DNA of 64,000 nt, from contig OY764147.1 of assembly GCA_963668115.1 (NCBI GenBank), positions 281,449-345,448 on the forward strand, read 5' to 3'. This document shows positions 9,592-19,953 of the stretch, in pieces (the stretch's first letter is position 1; each line of letters opens with the position of its first letter). The position numbers were made by a program, and so were the translations under genes. The notes under the pieces were generated by a model. It was not told the origin of the DNA and searched no databases. It was given only the letters and a program-made list of their open reading frames with translations. Source of the stretch: Dehalococcoidia bacterium (GTDB lineage: Bacteria; Chloroflexota; Dehalococcoidia; Plut-88900).

Positions 9592-10341
9592 CTACCGGGC
9601 GTTGATGCCGCCGTCGATGATGAGTTCGGAGCCGGTCATGAAAGAAGACTCGTTGGAGGCGAGGAAGAGGACGGCGCTGGCTACTTCGTCGGGTTGGCCG
9701 AGCCTCTCCATGGGGACCATCGATTCGAGCATTTTGATCTTTTCGGGAAACGGGAGGAATTCCTCGATTAGTGGGGCATTGACGGGCCCCGGGTGGACGG
9801 AGTTGGCCCGAACCCCGAATGAAGCGTTCTGTATGGCTGTGGACTTGGTGAAGAGCCGCACGGCGGCCTTGGAAGCGCCGTATATGGCGGAGTTGGGGCT
9901 GCCTATATTCCCGTAAGAGGAGGACATGTTGACTATTGCCCCACTGCCGTGGCGCTTCATTTCATCCAGAACAGCCTTGGTGCCGAGGAAGACGCCCTTG
10001 GCGTTTATCTCGAAGATGTGATCCCAGCTTTCGGCGGTCTCGTTTTCTATGAGTTCACGTTTTGTGACGCCAGCGTTGTTGACGAGGATGTCGAGCTTGC
10101 CGTAGCGGTCGATGGTGAGGGCTACGGCGTCAGCCCAAGAAGATTCGGAGGTGACGTCCAAGGGTGTGAAGATTATGTCGGCGCCGGACTGCTCAAGTTC
10201 GGCGGCGAAGGTTTGGCCTCGTTCGACAAGGATATCGCCGACTACTACGGATGCGCCTTCGACGATAAAGCGTCGGGCGATGGCGGCGCCGATACCTCGG
10301 GCGCCGCCGGAGATGAGGGCTACCTTTTCCGGGAGTCTCAA
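9592..10341 (-). CDS. SDR family oxidoreductase, tandem paralog
   Basis: GGARGIG, NNAG, YGASK; same length as neighbour. Confidence 0.93.
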   Translation of the reverse strand: MRLPEKVALISGGARGIGAAIARRFIVEGASVVVGDILVERGQTFAAELEQSGADIIFTPLDVTSESSWADAVALTIDRYGKLDILVNNAGVTKRELIENETAESWDHIFEINAKGVFLGTKAVLDEMKRHGSGAIVNMSSSYGNIGSPNSAIYGASKAAVRLFTKSTAIQNASFGVRANSVHPGPVNAPLIEEFLPFPEKIKMLESMVPMERLGQPDEVASAVLFLASNESSFMTGSELIIDGGINAR

Positions 10342-10360
10342 ACCGACTCCTTCGGCTGAA

Positions 10361-11611
10361 CTAGGATGGCTGTGGCGGAGGGACCGGGATGTGGTTCACG
10401 AAGCGATCGTCGAAGGGGGCGTGGGAGAGGACCTCGGGGCCGTTCCTGGTGATAAGGATCTCCTCTTCAAGCTTGACGCTCTCCCGGGCGCCGCGCTTGC
10501 TGGCGAGACCTTCGAGGGAGAGGACCATGTTTTCCTGAAGGACCTCGTCGTCGTTGCCGAAGCCGCTCCATGACTGGTCGGGCCAGTAGATGCAGGGCCA
10601 TTCGTCGGACATGCCGTCGCCGTGGGCGATCATGGGGTAGCGCTGGTACTTGTACTCCTCGGGGTATTCGGGGCATTTTTCGGCGATTTCCTGGAAGTGG
10701 GCCCCGACCTGGAAATGTTCCAAGGATTCGTAGATGAAGTTGTAGCCGAGCTTGTAGGCCTCCAGCTGTTCGTCGTTGGGGGGGCCGTCACCGCAGAGGT
10801 AGGTGCGGGAGAAGTCGGCGAAGTAGCCCATGGGGCCGGCCATATCGGTGTCGTAGCCGACGAGGTCGCCGGGGCGTACGATGCGGTCGGTGGAGCCTTG
10901 GCCCCAGGGGTTGGTGTTGCCTCCGGCGGAGAGGAGTCGGGCATCCATATGCTCGCCACCGTGCTTGAGGTTGGTGTAAGTCATTACGGCGAAGAGCTCC
11001 TGCTCGGTGACGCCGGGCTTGATGGCATCACGGACTGCGCAGATGGAGATGTCGGCGACGGCGCAGGCCTGGCGGATGAGGGAGACTTCATCCTCGGTCT
11101 TGATGGAGCGGGCGCGTTCGAAGGGGATGCGGGCGTCGGCGAGGGGAATCTCGTGGTTACGGAGGGACTCCATGGAGTTAAAGTCGAGCCTGTCGAAGCC
11201 GAGGCGCTGGCCGAGGATGCCCATGTCCTTGAGCTTGGAGGTGATGCGGTCGCCCCAGAGTCGGGCGGCGTCCTCTGCGTACTGACCCGCGGGGAAGAAC
11301 TCGAAGAGGGTGCCTTTTTCAAGGGCCCAGGAGCCGTCATCGGCGTATTCGGAGAGCCAGGGTTCGCCTTCCTGGGGGACGATGGCGTACTGGCCGAAGG
11401 TCCTCATTCCGAAAACCCCAGCATGGCGGTGACCGGTGGCGTAGCGGATGTTGACGGGGTCGAAGATAAGGATGCCGCCGAGGTCGGCCTTGGCCATTTC
11501 TGCCTTGAGTCGGGCGAGGCGCTCTCTTTTGAGTCGGGCGACGTCTACTCGTTCGTCAAAGTCGACAGTTTCCTGTCCGAGCAGGTCACGATTGGAACCG
11601 AAACGCACCAT
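10361..11611 (-). CDS. M24 metallopeptidase-fold protein, DddP-like
   Basis: FDPVNIRYATG, TNPW, DTD..ADFSRT, HGDGMSDEWP, VKLEE. Confidence 0.75.
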   Translation of the reverse strand: MVRFGSNRDLLGQETVDFDERVDVARLKRERLARLKAEMAKADLGGILIFDPVNIRYATGHRHAGVFGMRTFGQYAIVPQEGEPWLSEYADDGSWALEKGTLFEFFPAGQYAEDAARLWGDRITSKLKDMGILGQRLGFDRLDFNSMESLRNHEIPLADARIPFERARSIKTEDEVSLIRQACAVADISICAVRDAIKPGVTEQELFAVMTYTNLKHGGEHMDARLLSAGGNTNPWGQGSTDRIVRPGDLVGYDTDMAGPMGYFADFSRTYLCGDGPPNDEQLEAYKLGYNFIYESLEHFQVGAHFQEIAEKCPEYPEEYKYQRYPMIAHGDGMSDEWPCIYWPDQSWSGFGNDDEVLQENMVLSLEGLASKRGARESVKLEEEILITRNGPEVLSHAPFDDRFVNHIPVPPPQPS

Positions 11612-11693
11612 GGGGGCACCTCCGTTAGTTGGTAGGGCAGCAGACGGGGGTGATTATACTACCGGTCGGGGTGGAGGGATACGGGGGTGGGGG

Positions 11694-12812
11694 CTAGGGG
11701 AGAAATTGTTCGCCGCGGACCAGGCGGCCGATGTCGTTGAAGCTGATGATGACTATGACGGCAATGAGGAACATGAAGCCCATGAGGTGGACCAGTGCTT
11801 CGCGTTTAGGGGCTATTCGGCGGCCGCCGCGGAGGGCTTCGATGATGACGAAAAGGAGCCGACCCCCATCGAGGGCGGGAATGGGCAGGAGGTTGAAGAG
11901 GGCAAGGTTCAGGCTGAGGATGGCGACGAATCCGACGAAGGGCAATACCCCGGTCCTGGCAACCTCTCCGGTGACCTGGGCAATTCCGATAGGCCCGGCG
12001 AGACCCTCACGGCCTTCGGAGGAGGTGAAGATGTTGCCTATGGACTCGCCGATGGTGGTGACGAACCGGTAGACCTGGACGAAGGACTCGGGGATGACGC
12101 TGAGGCTGGGGCTGAAGCGGGTGACGACCTCCCCGCCGGACACGCCGACACCGATGCCCATAGGCCCCTGGGAGGGGGGAGGGTTAGCGCGGGGGATGAG
12201 CCTGACGATGACGGGGGTGTTGCCTCGGGCCATGAGGAAGGAGACCTGCTGGCCGAGGTTGTCCTGGGTGTAGTCGGTCACTTCACGGAGGGACTGGATT
12301 TCCGTGCCTCCGTAGGGGTCGGCGTCCTCGGGCTGGTCGAGGAGCTGCAGGGTTGAACCTTCGAAGGAAATATCCCTGCGGAGGAAGACGTCGCCGGGGA
12401 GCATGCCGGCGCTCTGGGCAGGGGAGCCGGGTTCGACGCGGGCGACGATGACCTGGGTGCCGACGACCTCGGGCGGGAAGGTGAAGAAGACGGCGAAGAG
12501 GACAAGGGTAAGGGCAAGGTTCATGAAGATGCCCCCCAGGAGGATGGTGATGCGCACGCGGATGCTGCGGGTGGCGAGGCTGCGGGGGTCGGTGGGGTCT
12601 TCCTCGCCGGTCAGCTTGACGTATCCGCCTATGGGGATGGCGTTGATGCTGTAGCGGGTCTCACCACGCACTACGGAGGCGATGCGGGGAGGGAAGCCGA
12701 GGGCGAACTCCTCCACGCGGACACCGAAAGCGCGGGCGGCGATGAAGTGCCCGAATTCGTGGATGACGATGAGGACGCTGATGACGATGAAGAAAAGGAG
12801 GACGGTGGTCAT
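11694..12812 (-). CDS. rseP: RIP metalloprotease RseP (M50, PDZ)
   Basis: HEFGH, NLLPIPALDGG; synteny with dxr. Confidence 0.92.
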   Translation of the reverse strand: MTTVLLFFIVISVLIVIHEFGHFIAARAFGVRVEEFALGFPPRIASVVRGETRYSINAIPIGGYVKLTGEEDPTDPRSLATRSIRVRITILLGGIFMNLALTLVLFAVFFTFPPEVVGTQVIVARVEPGSPAQSAGMLPGDVFLRRDISFEGSTLQLLDQPEDADPYGGTEIQSLREVTDYTQDNLGQQVSFLMARGNTPVIVRLIPRANPPPSQGPMGIGVGVSGGEVVTRFSPSLSVIPESFVQVYRFVTTIGESIGNIFTSSEGREGLAGPIGIAQVTGEVARTGVLPFVGFVAILSLNLALFNLLPIPALDGGRLLFVIIEALRGGRRIAPKREALVHLMGFMFLIAVIVIISFNDIGRLVRGEQFLP

Positions 12813-12825
12813 CGGGGCTGGGCGC

Positions 12826-13953
12826 TTAGCCGGAAGCCATGTCTCGGGCCCAGCGGTCGGCGGCGAGGATATCTTCGAAGGAGGGCTCGAAGACGGGGTC
12901 GTGGCGTTCCAGGACCTTCTCGACTACACGGAAGATGTCGTTAAAGCCGATACGCCGGTCGAGGAATAGACGGACGGCTACTTCGTCGGCGGCGCTGAGG
13001 ACTGCGGGGTAGGTGCCGCCCTTCTTGCCGGCCTCGACGGCGAGGCTGAAGCAGGGGTATCGGTTGGTGTCGAGCTCCTGGAAGGTGAGTTCCAGAGTGG
13101 ACAAAGAGCCCATGCGTGGGGTATGGCCGTTGTGCCAGCGCTCGGGGTGGGAGAGGGCGTACTGGATGGGGAGTCGCATGTCGGTGGGGCCGATCTGGGC
13201 CTTGACGGAGCCGTCGGAGAATTCGACGAAGGAGTGGACGATACTCTGAGGGTGGACGACGACTTCGATCTTTTCGTAGGGCATGTCAAAGAGCCAGTGG
13301 GACTCGATGACCTCGAAGCCCTTGTTCATGAGGGTTGAGGAGTCGATGGTTATCTTGTTGCCCATCTTCCAGGTTGGGTGGCGGAGGGCCTCGTCGGGGG
13401 TGACGTCTTGCAGCTCATCAATGGGGCGCTGCCGAAAGGGGCCGCCGGAGGCGGTGAGAACGAGGCGGGAGACTTCACCTTCGCCCTGGAGGCATTGCCA
13501 GATTGCGCTGGGCTCACTGTCGACTGGAATAATTTCCGCGCCGGACGCTTTGGCCTCTTTGATCACCAGCTCACCGGCAGAGACTATGACTTCCTTGTTG
13601 GACAGAACAACCCGCTTGCCGGCGCGCAGGGCGGCGAGGGTTGACTCGAGGCCTATGCGTCCGAAGGTGGCAATTACTACGATGTCTACGTCGGGGTGGG
13701 AGGCGATTTCCTCGGGGGTGGACCACTGGGATGTGTCGGCGATTAGGGAGCGGGTGTCGGGGGAGGGGTCCAGGGAGCAGGCGAGGTCGGGGGAGAACTC
13801 TGCAACCTGCTTGTTGAAGAGGGAGGTGTTGCGCCCGGCGGTGAGGCCTACGACCTTGAACCTCTCCGGGAATGCGCGCACGACGTCCAGGGTCTGGGTG
13901 CCGATGGAGCCTGTGGAGCCGAGGACGGCAAGGCCTTTTAACCCGTCAGTCAT
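12826..13953 (-). CDS. dxr: 1-deoxy-D-xylulose-5-phosphate reductoisomerase
   Basis: LGSTGSIG, PVDSE, WKMGNKITIDS, HPQSIVHS. Confidence 0.97.
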   Translation of the reverse strand: MTDGLKGLAVLGSTGSIGTQTLDVVRAFPERFKVVGLTAGRNTSLFNKQVAEFSPDLACSLDPSPDTRSLIADTSQWSTPEEIASHPDVDIVVIATFGRIGLESTLAALRAGKRVVLSNKEVIVSAGELVIKEAKASGAEIIPVDSEPSAIWQCLQGEGEVSRLVLTASGGPFRQRPIDELQDVTPDEALRHPTWKMGNKITIDSSTLMNKGFEVIESHWLFDMPYEKIEVVVHPQSIVHSFVEFSDGSVKAQIGPTDMRLPIQYALSHPERWHNGHTPRMGSLSTLELTFQELDTNRYPCFSLAVEAGKKGGTYPAVLSAADEVAVRLFLDRRIGFNDIFRVVEKVLERHDPVFEPSFEDILAADRWARDMASG

Positions 13954-14861
13954 GCTACGTAATAGTATACAAGGGGTACGGTGAAGACAACGCTATCCAG
14001 GCGGTCCAGAAGGCCGCCGTGGCCCGGGAGCAGCTTCCCGGACTCCTTGGCGCCGACTCGGCGCTTGACGTAGGACTCGGCGAGGTCTCCGACCATAGAT
14101 ACGAGGGCGACCAGGGCGGAGAGGGCGGCGACCTGGGGGAGGGCGCCGGGAAGGTCTACAACATAGTGAGCGAGCGTGCCCAATATAACGGCAGCGGCGA
14201 TCCCACCGCCGGCGCCCTCCATGGTCTTGTTGGGGCTGATGCGGGGAGCGAGCTTGCGCTGACCGAAGGCTTTGCCGATGAAGTAGGCGCCGGAGTCGGC
14301 GGCGAAGACGGTCACGAGGGTGTAGAAGACCCAGTCCCGGCCCTGGAGGAGGTCTCGGAGAAGGACGAAGTGAGCGAGAGGCCAGGCTATAAGGTATACA
14401 CCGACGCCGCCCCACATGAGGGAATCTACGAAGCCGACACGTTGTTGCGGCTTGAGGGACAGGACGGCGAGGCAGAGGACAGCCAGGGCTATGGCCAACA
14501 CCGGCTGCATAAGTTCGCCAAAGAACGCTGCTTCTACCAGGAGCGGCGCCGTCAATGCCATACCGATGAGGGTACCGGGAGAACGCCAACGCATCCCGAG
14601 GAGGAAGTAGAACTCCAGGGCAGCTGCCACGATTATGATGGAGACTGCGACGGAGACCAGGGGGTTGCCGAGCCAGACTACGGCGAAAACGACCGGAAGG
14701 CCGACCGCTGCGGTGAGGATGCGCAGGAGGAGGTTGGGGGTGCGGGAAGGAGGGGTGCTCTCAGGCTTATGTTCACCCTCACCCCCTCGAGGGTCTCGGG
14801 GTAGGCTCTGATCCTCTCCCGTCGAGGGAGAGGGGACGGAGGGGTCAGGACTCGATGCCAC
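13950..14861 (-). CDS. cdsA: Phosphatidate cytidylyltransferase with REP-derived N-terminal extension
   Basis: SPNKTMEG, GDLAESYVKR, PGHGGLLDRLDS. Confidence 0.93.
   Translation of the reverse strand: MASSPDPSVPSPSTGEDQSLPRDPRGGEGEHKPESTPPSRTPNLLLRILTAAVGLPVVFAVVWLGNPLVSVAVSIIIVAAALEFYFLLGMRWRSPGTLIGMALTAPLLVEAAFFGELMQPVLAIALAVLCLAVLSLKPQQRVGFVDSLMWGGVGVYLIAWPLAHFVLLRDLLQGRDWVFYTLVTVFAADSGAYFIGKAFGQRKLAPRISPNKTMEGAGGGIAAAVILGTLAHYVVDLPGALPQVAALSALVALVSMVGDLAESYVKRRVGAKESGKLLPGHGGLLDRLDSVVFTVPLVYYYVA
14773..14837. repeat. REP-like element inside the cdsA 5' coding region
   Basis: tcaccctcaccc[insert]tgatcctctcccgtcgagggagaggggac matches 1321-1361. Confidence 0.7.
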
Positions 14862-15627
14862 CGAACCGTCTTTGACGCTGGGAATAGGCCTGGAGGGAGT
14901 TGCGGACTTCTTCCTGGTCGAACTCGGGCCAGGCTTTTGGGGTGAAATAGTACTCGCTGTAGGCGGACTGCCAGATAAGGAAGTTGCTGAGGCGCATTTC
15001 GCCGGCGGTGCGGATAATGAGGTCGGGGTCGGGGATGTTTCGGGTGTAAAGGTAGTCGGAGACTAGCTGTTCGTCGACGGAGGTCGGGTCTACGCCGTCC
15101 CGGATCATTTGCCTGATGGCGGTGAGAATCTCAGCGCGGCCACCGTAGTCGAAAGCTATGCAGACGGTCATGTTTGTGTTGTTTCTGGTAAGTTCAACGG
15201 CTTCGTGAATGGAGGTCTGGAGGCCCGGGGATAGGCGGTCGATGCGGCCGAGGTGGACGAGGCGGACGCCTCTTTCGTGGAAGTATTGGGTCTCGTCCCT
15301 GATGGCGGCGGCGAGGAAGTCGAGGAGGCCCTGGACCTCTTCCTGGGGTCGGGCCCAGTTCTCTGTGGAGAAGGCGTAAAGGGTGAGGTACTCGACGCCG
15401 TGCTTTGAGAAATCTTCGATGACGGGGCGGATGTTGGATATGCCGGCGCTGTGGCCTTTAAGGCGAGGCAAGTTGCGGCGCTGGGCCCACCTGCCGTTGC
15501 CGTCCATGATAATGGCGACGTGCCTGGGGACGGGGGAGATTTTGGGTGCACTTACCCGGATTGGGCTGACGGCGGAGTGTTCCAAAAGGGTCCTCTGGAG
15601 CTTGCTTCCACGACGGACAGGGTGCAC
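14845..15627 (-). CDS. uppS: Undecaprenyl/polyprenyl diphosphate synthase
   Basis: HVAIIMDGNGRW, FSTENW, RTAGEMRLSNF; exact start uncertain. Confidence 0.96.
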   Translation of the reverse strand: MHPVRRGSKLQRTLLEHSAVSPIRVSAPKISPVPRHVAIIMDGNGRWAQRRNLPRLKGHSAGISNIRPVIEDFSKHGVEYLTLYAFSTENWARPQEEVQGLLDFLAAAIRDETQYFHERGVRLVHLGRIDRLSPGLQTSIHEAVELTRNNTNMTVCIAFDYGGRAEILTAIRQMIRDGVDPTSVDEQLVSDYLYTRNIPDPDLIIRTAGEMRLSNFLIWQSAYSEYYFTPKAWPEFDQEEVRNSLQAYSQRQRRFGGIES

Positions 15628-15637
15628 GGTATGCGGA

Positions 15638-16201
15638 CTACCCTTCCATCAACTCCTGCTCTTTAGCCTCGCCGAGCTCTGTGACCTTTTTGATGAAGGA
15701 GTCGGTGAGCTTTTGGATCTGGTCGGTGGCGCGGCGCTCCTCGTCCTCGGAGATATCCTTGGCTTTCTTCATGGAACGGGCCTGCTCCACCGACTCCCTG
15801 CGGGCATTGCGAACGCTGACCCGACCTTCTTCGACTCGTCGGCTTACCAACTTGGCAAGCTCTCTGCGGCGTTCATCGGTGAGGGGTGGGATGGGAATGC
15901 GGATGATTGCGCCATCGGAGGCGGGGTTGAGGCCGAGGTCGGCCTGGAGGATGGACTTTTCGACGGCGGGGATGGAGCTTTTGTCCCAGGGCTGGACGGT
16001 GAGGAGGCGGGCGTCGGGGACGGCGATAGAAGCCAGCTGGTTGAGCGGGGTGGAGGCGCCGTAATAGTCGATGAGGAGGTTTTCGATGAGGCCGGGGCTG
16101 GCCCGGCCGGTCCTGACGGAGGCAAGGCTTCTTACAAGGGCGTCGACGGAATCCTCCATCTTGAGTTCGGCTTCGGCAAGGAGGTCATCGGTTTCCGGCA
16201 T
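15638..16201 (-). CDS. frr: Ribosome recycling factor
   Basis: RTGRASP, PPLTDERR, RNARR; start MPETDD with GGAGGA upstream. Confidence 0.96.
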   Translation of the reverse strand: MPETDDLLAEAELKMEDSVDALVRSLASVRTGRASPGLIENLLIDYYGASTPLNQLASIAVPDARLLTVQPWDKSSIPAVEKSILQADLGLNPASDGAIIRIPIPPLTDERRRELAKLVSRRVEEGRVSVRNARRESVEQARSMKKAKDISEDEERRATDQIQKLTDSFIKKVTELGEAKEQELMEG

Positions 16202-16277
16202 GGCAAAGGTCCTCCGGGCTGGGAGGTGGTGGGGGCAAGTGTAATAGCGGGAGGGGGTGGTGGGCAAGGGGAGGGGG

Positions 16278-17003
16278 TCAGGAGATGAGGGTGCCGACGT
16301 GTTCGCCGCGGAGGATGCGGTTCAGGGAGTCGGGGGCCTGGAAGTTGAAGACGATGATGGGGATCCGGTTGTCCAGGCAGAGGGAGAGGGCGGTGCTGTC
16401 CATTACGCCGAGGCGGAGGTTGAGGGCCTCCAGGTACTTGAGGTTGGGGAGTTTCCTGGCGTCGGGGTGGGACTTGGGGTCGGCTTCGTATACACCGTCG
16501 ACGCCGTTCTTTGCCATAAGCACCACGTCGGCGGCGATTTCGACGGCGCGGAGGGCGGCGGTGGTGTCGGTGGTGAGGTAGGGGTTGCCGGTGCCTGCGG
16601 CAAAGATGACGACGCGACCCTTTTCGAGGTGGCGCATGGCGCGGCGGCGGATGTAGGGCTCGGCGACGGACTGGATGGGGAGGGCGGTCTGGACGCGGGT
16701 ATCGATGCCCTGCTTTTCGAGGGCGTCTTGCATGACGAGGGAGTTGATTACGGTGGCGAGCATACCGGCGTAGTCGGCGGTGGCGCGGTCCATGCCGTTG
16801 GATGCGGCCTCTGCGCCGCGCCAGATGTTACCGCCGCCGACGACCATGGCGATCTGGCAGTCCGTATTCTTGGCTTCTTTGATCTGGCGCGCGACTAGGG
16901 CTACGGTGTCGTCGTCGATGCCAAAACCCCGATTGCCTGACAGGGCCTCGCCGCTAATCTTGATGAGGAGGCGGCGGTACTTGGGGTTGGGGGCAGGGGT
17001 CAC
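16278..17003 (-). CDS. pyrH: UMP kinase
   Basis: [25 protein letters not shown]. Confidence 0.97.
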   Translation of the reverse strand: MTPAPNPKYRRLLIKISGEALSGNRGFGIDDDTVALVARQIKEAKNTDCQIAMVVGGGNIWRGAEAASNGMDRATADYAGMLATVINSLVMQDALEKQGIDTRVQTALPIQSVAEPYIRRRAMRHLEKGRVVIFAAGTGNPYLTTDTTAALRAVEIAADVVLMAKNGVDGVYEADPKSHPDARKLPNLKYLEALNLRLGVMDSTALSLCLDNRIPIIVFNFQAPDSLNRILRGEHVGTLIS

Positions 17004-17503
17004 TTACCGATCTCGAACCTGGTGAAGCGACGAACCTGGATATTCTCGCGGAGCTGGCCGATAGCCTCGTTGACGAGGTTCTGGATGGACTTGGAGGGGT
17101 CCTTGATGAAAGCCTGGGACAGGAGGGCCACTTCCTCGGCGGGGCGGGGGGAGTCCTCGGGGACTTCGTCGGGGCGGACGTAGAGAGGCTCCATGGCGGC
17201 GACCTGCATGGCGAGGTCGTGGGCGAGGGCCTTGAACTGGTCTGTCCTGGCTACAAAGTCGGTCTCACAGTTGACCTCGATCATGGCGCCGAGACGGCCG
17301 CCTGAGTGGACGTAGAAGTCAACGACACCTTGGTCGGCGGTGCGGCCGGCCTTCTTTGAAGCGAGGGCGAGGCCCTTCTGGGCGAGGAGCTTTTCGGCCT
17401 CTTCAATCACGCCGTCGGCGGCTTCGAGGGCGCGCTTGCAGTCCATGATGCCGGCGCCGGACCGGTCGCGTAGTTCCTTAATGGAGTCGGTAGTTACTGG
17501 CAT
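17000..17503 (-). CDS. tsf: Elongation factor Ts (short form)
   Basis: [23 protein letters not shown]. Confidence 0.96.
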   Translation of the reverse strand: MPVTTDSIKELRDRSGAGIMDCKRALEAADGVIEEAEKLLAQKGLALASKKAGRTADQGVVDFYVHSGGRLGAMIEVNCETDFVARTDQFKALAHDLAMQVAAMEPLYVRPDEVPEDSPRPAEEVALLSQAFIKDPSKSIQNLVNEAIGQLRENIQVRRFTRFEIGK

Positions 17504-17505
17504 GG

Positions 17506-18390
<885 letters not shown>

Positions 18391-18441
18391 GCTCGAGTTG
18401 CTCTATTCCTTCCTGTATAGCCTGGAAAATATGCGCGAGGG

Positions 18442-18471
18442 AGTATAGCACAGGGCAGGAATGGGGGACAA
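18442..18471 (-). promoter_or_regulatory. Probable rpsB promoter (TTGTCC-18-TATACT, extended -10)
   Basis: Minus strand ttgtcc...tgtgctatact about 50 nt upstream of rpsB. Confidence 0.6.
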
Positions 18472-18507
18472 TCCGATGCGGCCGTGGGGGCCGTGGAAGG
18501 GGCGGGG

Positions 18508-18657
18508 TTTTGATTGAACGTTGATTGAACATTGATTGAACTCGTAGCTGTTTTGATTGAACGACGCCTGAAGGGGATTTCTGGGGATTTCGCGTGGTGC
18601 AGGGGTGCGGATTTTTGATTGTTTTGCGGTTTCAGGCACGGCTTTGATTGTTTAAGA
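18508..18657. repeat. Iteron-like element with 4x TTGATTGAAC plus 2x TTGATTG, copy A
   Basis: Units at 18510, 18521, 18532, 18553; whole element repeated at 54958-55118. Confidence 0.85.
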
Positions 18658-18738
18658 AACGGGGAGGGAATCCCCACCCATCCCCGCATCCGGGATGGAT
18701 TCCCGACTTCTCGGGAATGACGGAAGTAAGGGCGGGGA

Positions 18739-18763
18739 GGGCGCCCACGAGGGACGCCCCTAC
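18739..18763. repeat. GTAG-type REP (reverse orientation)
   Basis: gggcgcccacgagggacgcccctac; related at 36737-36760 and 55286-55310. Confidence 0.7.
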
Positions 18764-18783
18764 GGGGGAGGAAGAGAGAGGGG

Positions 18784-19278
18784 CCGGGTTGTTTGGTTGT
18801 GGGGTTTGGGTTTGCATTTTGTGTGTTTGGGAGGGGGTTGGCGATGGAGGTCCAGACTGCGCAGCCCCGCTGTTTGGTGGGTCAGGGTCGAGTAAGTCTC
18901 GGTGTGGGGCATACCTGTCCACCGGCGGCGCCCGGTCATAGTGAGGGCGGGGGGCGCCAACCCGCCACCGTCGGCCATGGTGTGGAATGCACCGATGGCA
19001 AGGACGGTGGAGTCCCTGGAGGGCCCTACGGCCCGGTTCCCGCCGTGGGCGGGGTGTTGTGCTTCGCCGGCAAGTTGAAAGCCGGTTACGTAGTGCATCC
19101 TGTTAGGGAGCACCGAGGGTGCAGGGTCTCTATAAGAGACGGCCTGCAGGTGTTAAGTCGATGGACCATCCATCGCCTGGGGGGTTAGGGAAGGGGCACG
19201 GGGACCCGGGTGGGGCCGGGTGGGCTTCCCTGGGTTTCTGGTTTCCTCCTTGTGTTACTGGGTTAATGTTCGCGAACG
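18784..19278 (-). ncRNA. Putative large structured ncRNA, family copy 2 (unrecognised)
   Basis: Promoter 19285-19313; closing helix 19162-19177 with 18840-18854; leader and tail homologous to copy 1; pseudoknot module homologous to copy 3. Confidence 0.7.
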
Positions 19279-19284
19279 GAGGGT

Positions 19285-19313
19285 ATGATAACGCCTTTGC
19301 TCAGGTGTGTCAA
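19285..19313 (-). promoter_or_regulatory. sigma70-type promoter TTGACA-17-TATCAT driving ncRNA copy 2
   Basis: Minus strand ttgaca cacctgagcaaaggcgt tatcat. Confidence 0.85.
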
Positions 19314-19547
19314 GCAAATGTACGGGTTTGGGGGAAAGTTGGAGGTGAGTGGGGATGATGGGGGTGGGTTTAGGCAAGGGGGAGGGGGTGAGTTGCGGGG
19401 TTGTAGGAGGTTGTTTCGGAGGGATGGATTCCCACGGAGGTGGGAATGACGGGTAAAAAGGGTGGGAATGATCCGCCATAGGCGGACAGGCTGGGGTGGG
19501 GGGTTGGGGTGATATACTCGCGGGCACTTTATTCGTGGGACTGGATA

Positions 19548-19937
19548 GTGGCTGGCAGTACATTCCCGAGTGTCGGAATAGACATAACGGAGATACCCCG
19601 GATCAGGGCGGCGTTGGAGCGGTGGGGGGAGAAGTTCCTGGACAGGGTGTATACGCCGAAAGAGATTGCGCGGTACCGGCACCGGGCGCCGGACCTGGCG
19701 GCGCGGTTTGCGGGAAAAGAGGCGGTGATGAAGGTGCTGGGTACGGGAAACCGGGGCGTAGCGTGGCGGGAGATCGAGATTCTGCCGATGCCAAGCGGGA
19801 AGCCGACGGTGAAGCTGTATGGTCGGGCGGAGGCGCGGGCGCGGAAGCTGGGTATGGGGGAAGTGGCGATCAGCCTTTCACATTCGGATGAGTTTGCGGT
19901 GGCGTCGGCGGTGGCGATGGTGGAGAGGCTGGAGTGA
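19548..19937 (+). CDS. acpS: Holo-[acyl-carrier-protein] synthase
   Basis: VGIDI, AARFAGKEA, SLSHS; start uncertain. Confidence 0.93.
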   Translation: MAGSTFPSVGIDITEIPRIRAALERWGEKFLDRVYTPKEIARYRHRAPDLAARFAGKEAVMKVLGTGNRGVAWREIEILPMPSGKPTVKLYGRAEARARKLGMGEVAISLSHSDEFAVASAVAMVERLE

Positions 19938-19953
19938 GGAGGCGCCGGGTAGG

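Noticed and set aside
19413-19450. GTTTCGGAGGGATGGATTCC..GGAATGAC as a CRISPR repeat
   Set aside because: Copies are dispersed, variable and not regularly spaced; they behave as REPs.
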